This document shows positions 31,353-32,637 of a stretch of 32,637 nucleotides of DNA, piece after piece. Position numbers and translations under genes: made by a program. How positions within the stretch are numbered: position 1 is the stretch's first letter; each line of letters starts with the position of its first letter. Below the pieces are notes generated by a model. That model saw only the letters and a list, made by a program, of their open reading frames with translations. It was not told the DNA's origin and searched no databases. Source of the stretch: Barthelona sp. PAP020 (lineage: Eukaryota); the NCBI GenBank assembly GCA_040182905.1, contig JARQWU010000101.1, forward strand, positions 1 to 32,637, given 5' to 3'.

Positions 31353-31523
31353 TGCCTAATCGAAGTAATAAAAAAAGAAAAATGCCAACATTCAAATTTT
31401 CAAATTTGTTTTTTTTCTTTATTATCACATTTCAGAGAGTTTTTGGAATTAAGCTATTAAAAAAAAATAATACACATACATCATTTACATAAAGAAAGAT
31501 ACACACGTTCAAATCGAAAAAAT

Positions 31524-32372
31524 TTACTTAAGATATAAACCAATACCAACCAATTGTTCATAATTGAGATTGACACTACCCATATTACCACCAAAACGTT
31601 GGAAAAGGGTTTGAAGTAATTGAAGCATACCGCAACATTCCATAAAACGTTCATAATTTAAGGCGCATTGACCTCCAGTAACATCAAGAATTCTAGCAAT
31701 GTTTTGAATGATACCAGGAGAAATTTGGAATTGAAGTTGACTCAAAGAATTAGGAAGTTCATTCATTTGAATGTAACCATCTTGACCAAATTGCATCCAA
31801 ACACCACGAACACGTTCCAAGAATTGATCCATCATCATAAATTCATTGAAAGAAATATTTCCTTCACCAGATTGATCAAAACAACGAACTAAAATACGAG
31901 CAGTATCCATTTTAAAAGGCATGTTAGGTTGAGAGAAAGCTTGACAGAGTTCAACAGCAGTAATCATACCAGTGTGATCCATGTCCAATTGTTGGAATTT
32001 TTGTTGTAACATCATTTGACGTTGTTGTGGAACAGCACCATAGCGTTGATTCCAGAATTGTTGCATGTCAAATTGACTTTGGAACCCAGGAATTTGGAAA
32101 CCTCCCATCATATTACCGCCCATTTGCATTCCGGGTTGTTGACCCATCATTCCAGGTTGTTGACCCATCATGCCAGGTTGTTGACCCATCATACCAGGTT
32201 GTTGACCCATCATTCCAGGTTGTTGACCCATCATTCCAGGTTGTTGACCCATCATTCCTTGTTGACCCATCATTCCTTGCTGTTGCATTCCCATTCCCAA
32301 AGGTTGGTTGCTCATTCCCATTCCCATGGGTTGTTGGTTCATTCCCATTCCAAGAGGTTGGCCGAAGTTCAT
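31524..32372 (-). CDS. Penta-EF-hand protein (ALG-2/peflin-like) with a G/M/Q/P-rich N-terminus
   Basis: FQQLDMDHTGMITAVEL, FDQSGEGNISFNEF, LNYERFMECC, VNLNYEQ. Confidence 0.88.
   Translation of the reverse strand: MNFGQPLGMGMNQQPMGMGMSNQPLGMGMQQQGMMGQQGMMGQQPGMMGQQPGMMGQQPGMMGQQPGMMGQQPGMMGQQPGMQMGGNMMGGFQIPGFQSQFDMQQFWNQRYGAVPQQRQMMLQQKFQQLDMDHTGMITAVELCQAFSQPNMPFKMDTARILVRCFDQSGEGNISFNEFMMMDQFLERVRGVWMQFGQDGYIQMNELPNSLSQLQFQISPGIIQNIARILDVTGGQCALNYERFMECCGMLQLLQTLFQRFGGNMGSVNLNYEQLVGIGLYLK
32132..32280 (-). repeat. Coding tandem repeat, 21 bp (PGMMGQQ) with 18-bp variants
   Basis: Repeated + strand unit ttgacccatcattccaggttg. Confidence 0.95.
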
Positions 32373-32533
32373 TTTTCAATTCAAAAAAAATATGAATGAA
32401 AATTTTCCTTTCTATTTTAAACAACAATCAATTATGTTCTTTTTGACATAACTTTTTTCAATATCACCTAGCAATCTTTTATCAACAAACAAACAAATCA
32501 AATTGACATAAAAATAAAAATAAAACATTTTTA

Positions 32534-32637
32534 TCAATTTTTGTTCACATTTGCAAAATGCTGATTTTTCGCAAATTCCATATATACAGAGAATAATAAA
32601 TGCAAACTTTCAATAATATTGTCATATACAGGGATAT
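32534..32637 (-). CDS. IFT46: Intraflagellar transport protein 46, 3' end only
   Basis: Manual translation (D)IPVYDNIIESLHLLFSVYMEFAKNQHFANVNKN* matches the conserved IFT46 C-terminal motif DIPVY..IxSLHxLFxLYxEF..xQHF. Confidence 0.85.
   Translation of the reverse strand, partial: IPVYDNIIESLHLLFSVYMEFAKNQHFANVNKN

Noticed and set aside
32132..32280. CRISPR-like array, and the long overlapping antisense or alternative-frame ORFs here
   Set aside because: Tandem coding repeat without spacers; the extra ORFs are by-products of the stop-free repeat.
26875..32372. Functional cluster of calpain-7-like, EF-hand and ALG-2-like genes
   Set aside because: Mixed orientation and no shared regulatory signal; adjacency in a compact eukaryotic genome is probably chance.
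32585..32600. U6-like ACAGAGA box
   Set aside because: No AGC triad or internal stem-loop follows, and the region is explained by IFT46 coding sequence on the minus strand.

Overview
AT-rich, gene-dense eukaryotic DNA from a flagellated protist (CFAP73/CCDC42-like and IFT46 genes). It uses the standard code and has rare, tiny spliceosomal introns with the branch point close to the 3' splice site; a metamonad-like anaerobe is plausible but is inference only. There are about 18 protein genes: WD40, CFAP73-like, ANP32-like, BI-1/lifeguard, a degenerate dihydrolipoamide dehydrogenase/MerA-like protein, BMS1, a Pol-beta-fold nucleotidyltransferase-like protein, a very divergent beta-tubulin, an AEC transporter, a coiled-coil protein, prokaryote-type threonine synthase, a RING-TM ligase, a SUC/SLC45-like transporter, a membrane protein, NDR kinase, a DRAM-like protein, catalytically dead calpain-7, an LRR/EF-hand protein, a penta-EF-hand protein and the IFT46 3' end. 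There is also a kinase-ankyrin pseudogene. The non-coding parts are the most interesting. An apparently non-coding host gene carries U24-like and SNORD53-like box C/D snoRNAs in two back-to-back introns separated by a zero-length (or at most 4-nt) exon. Two ~400-600 nt highly structured intergenic RNAs (~1270-1770 and ~25320-25860) could not be assigned to a known family. All calls come from reading the sequence by eye; no searches or folding programs were run.
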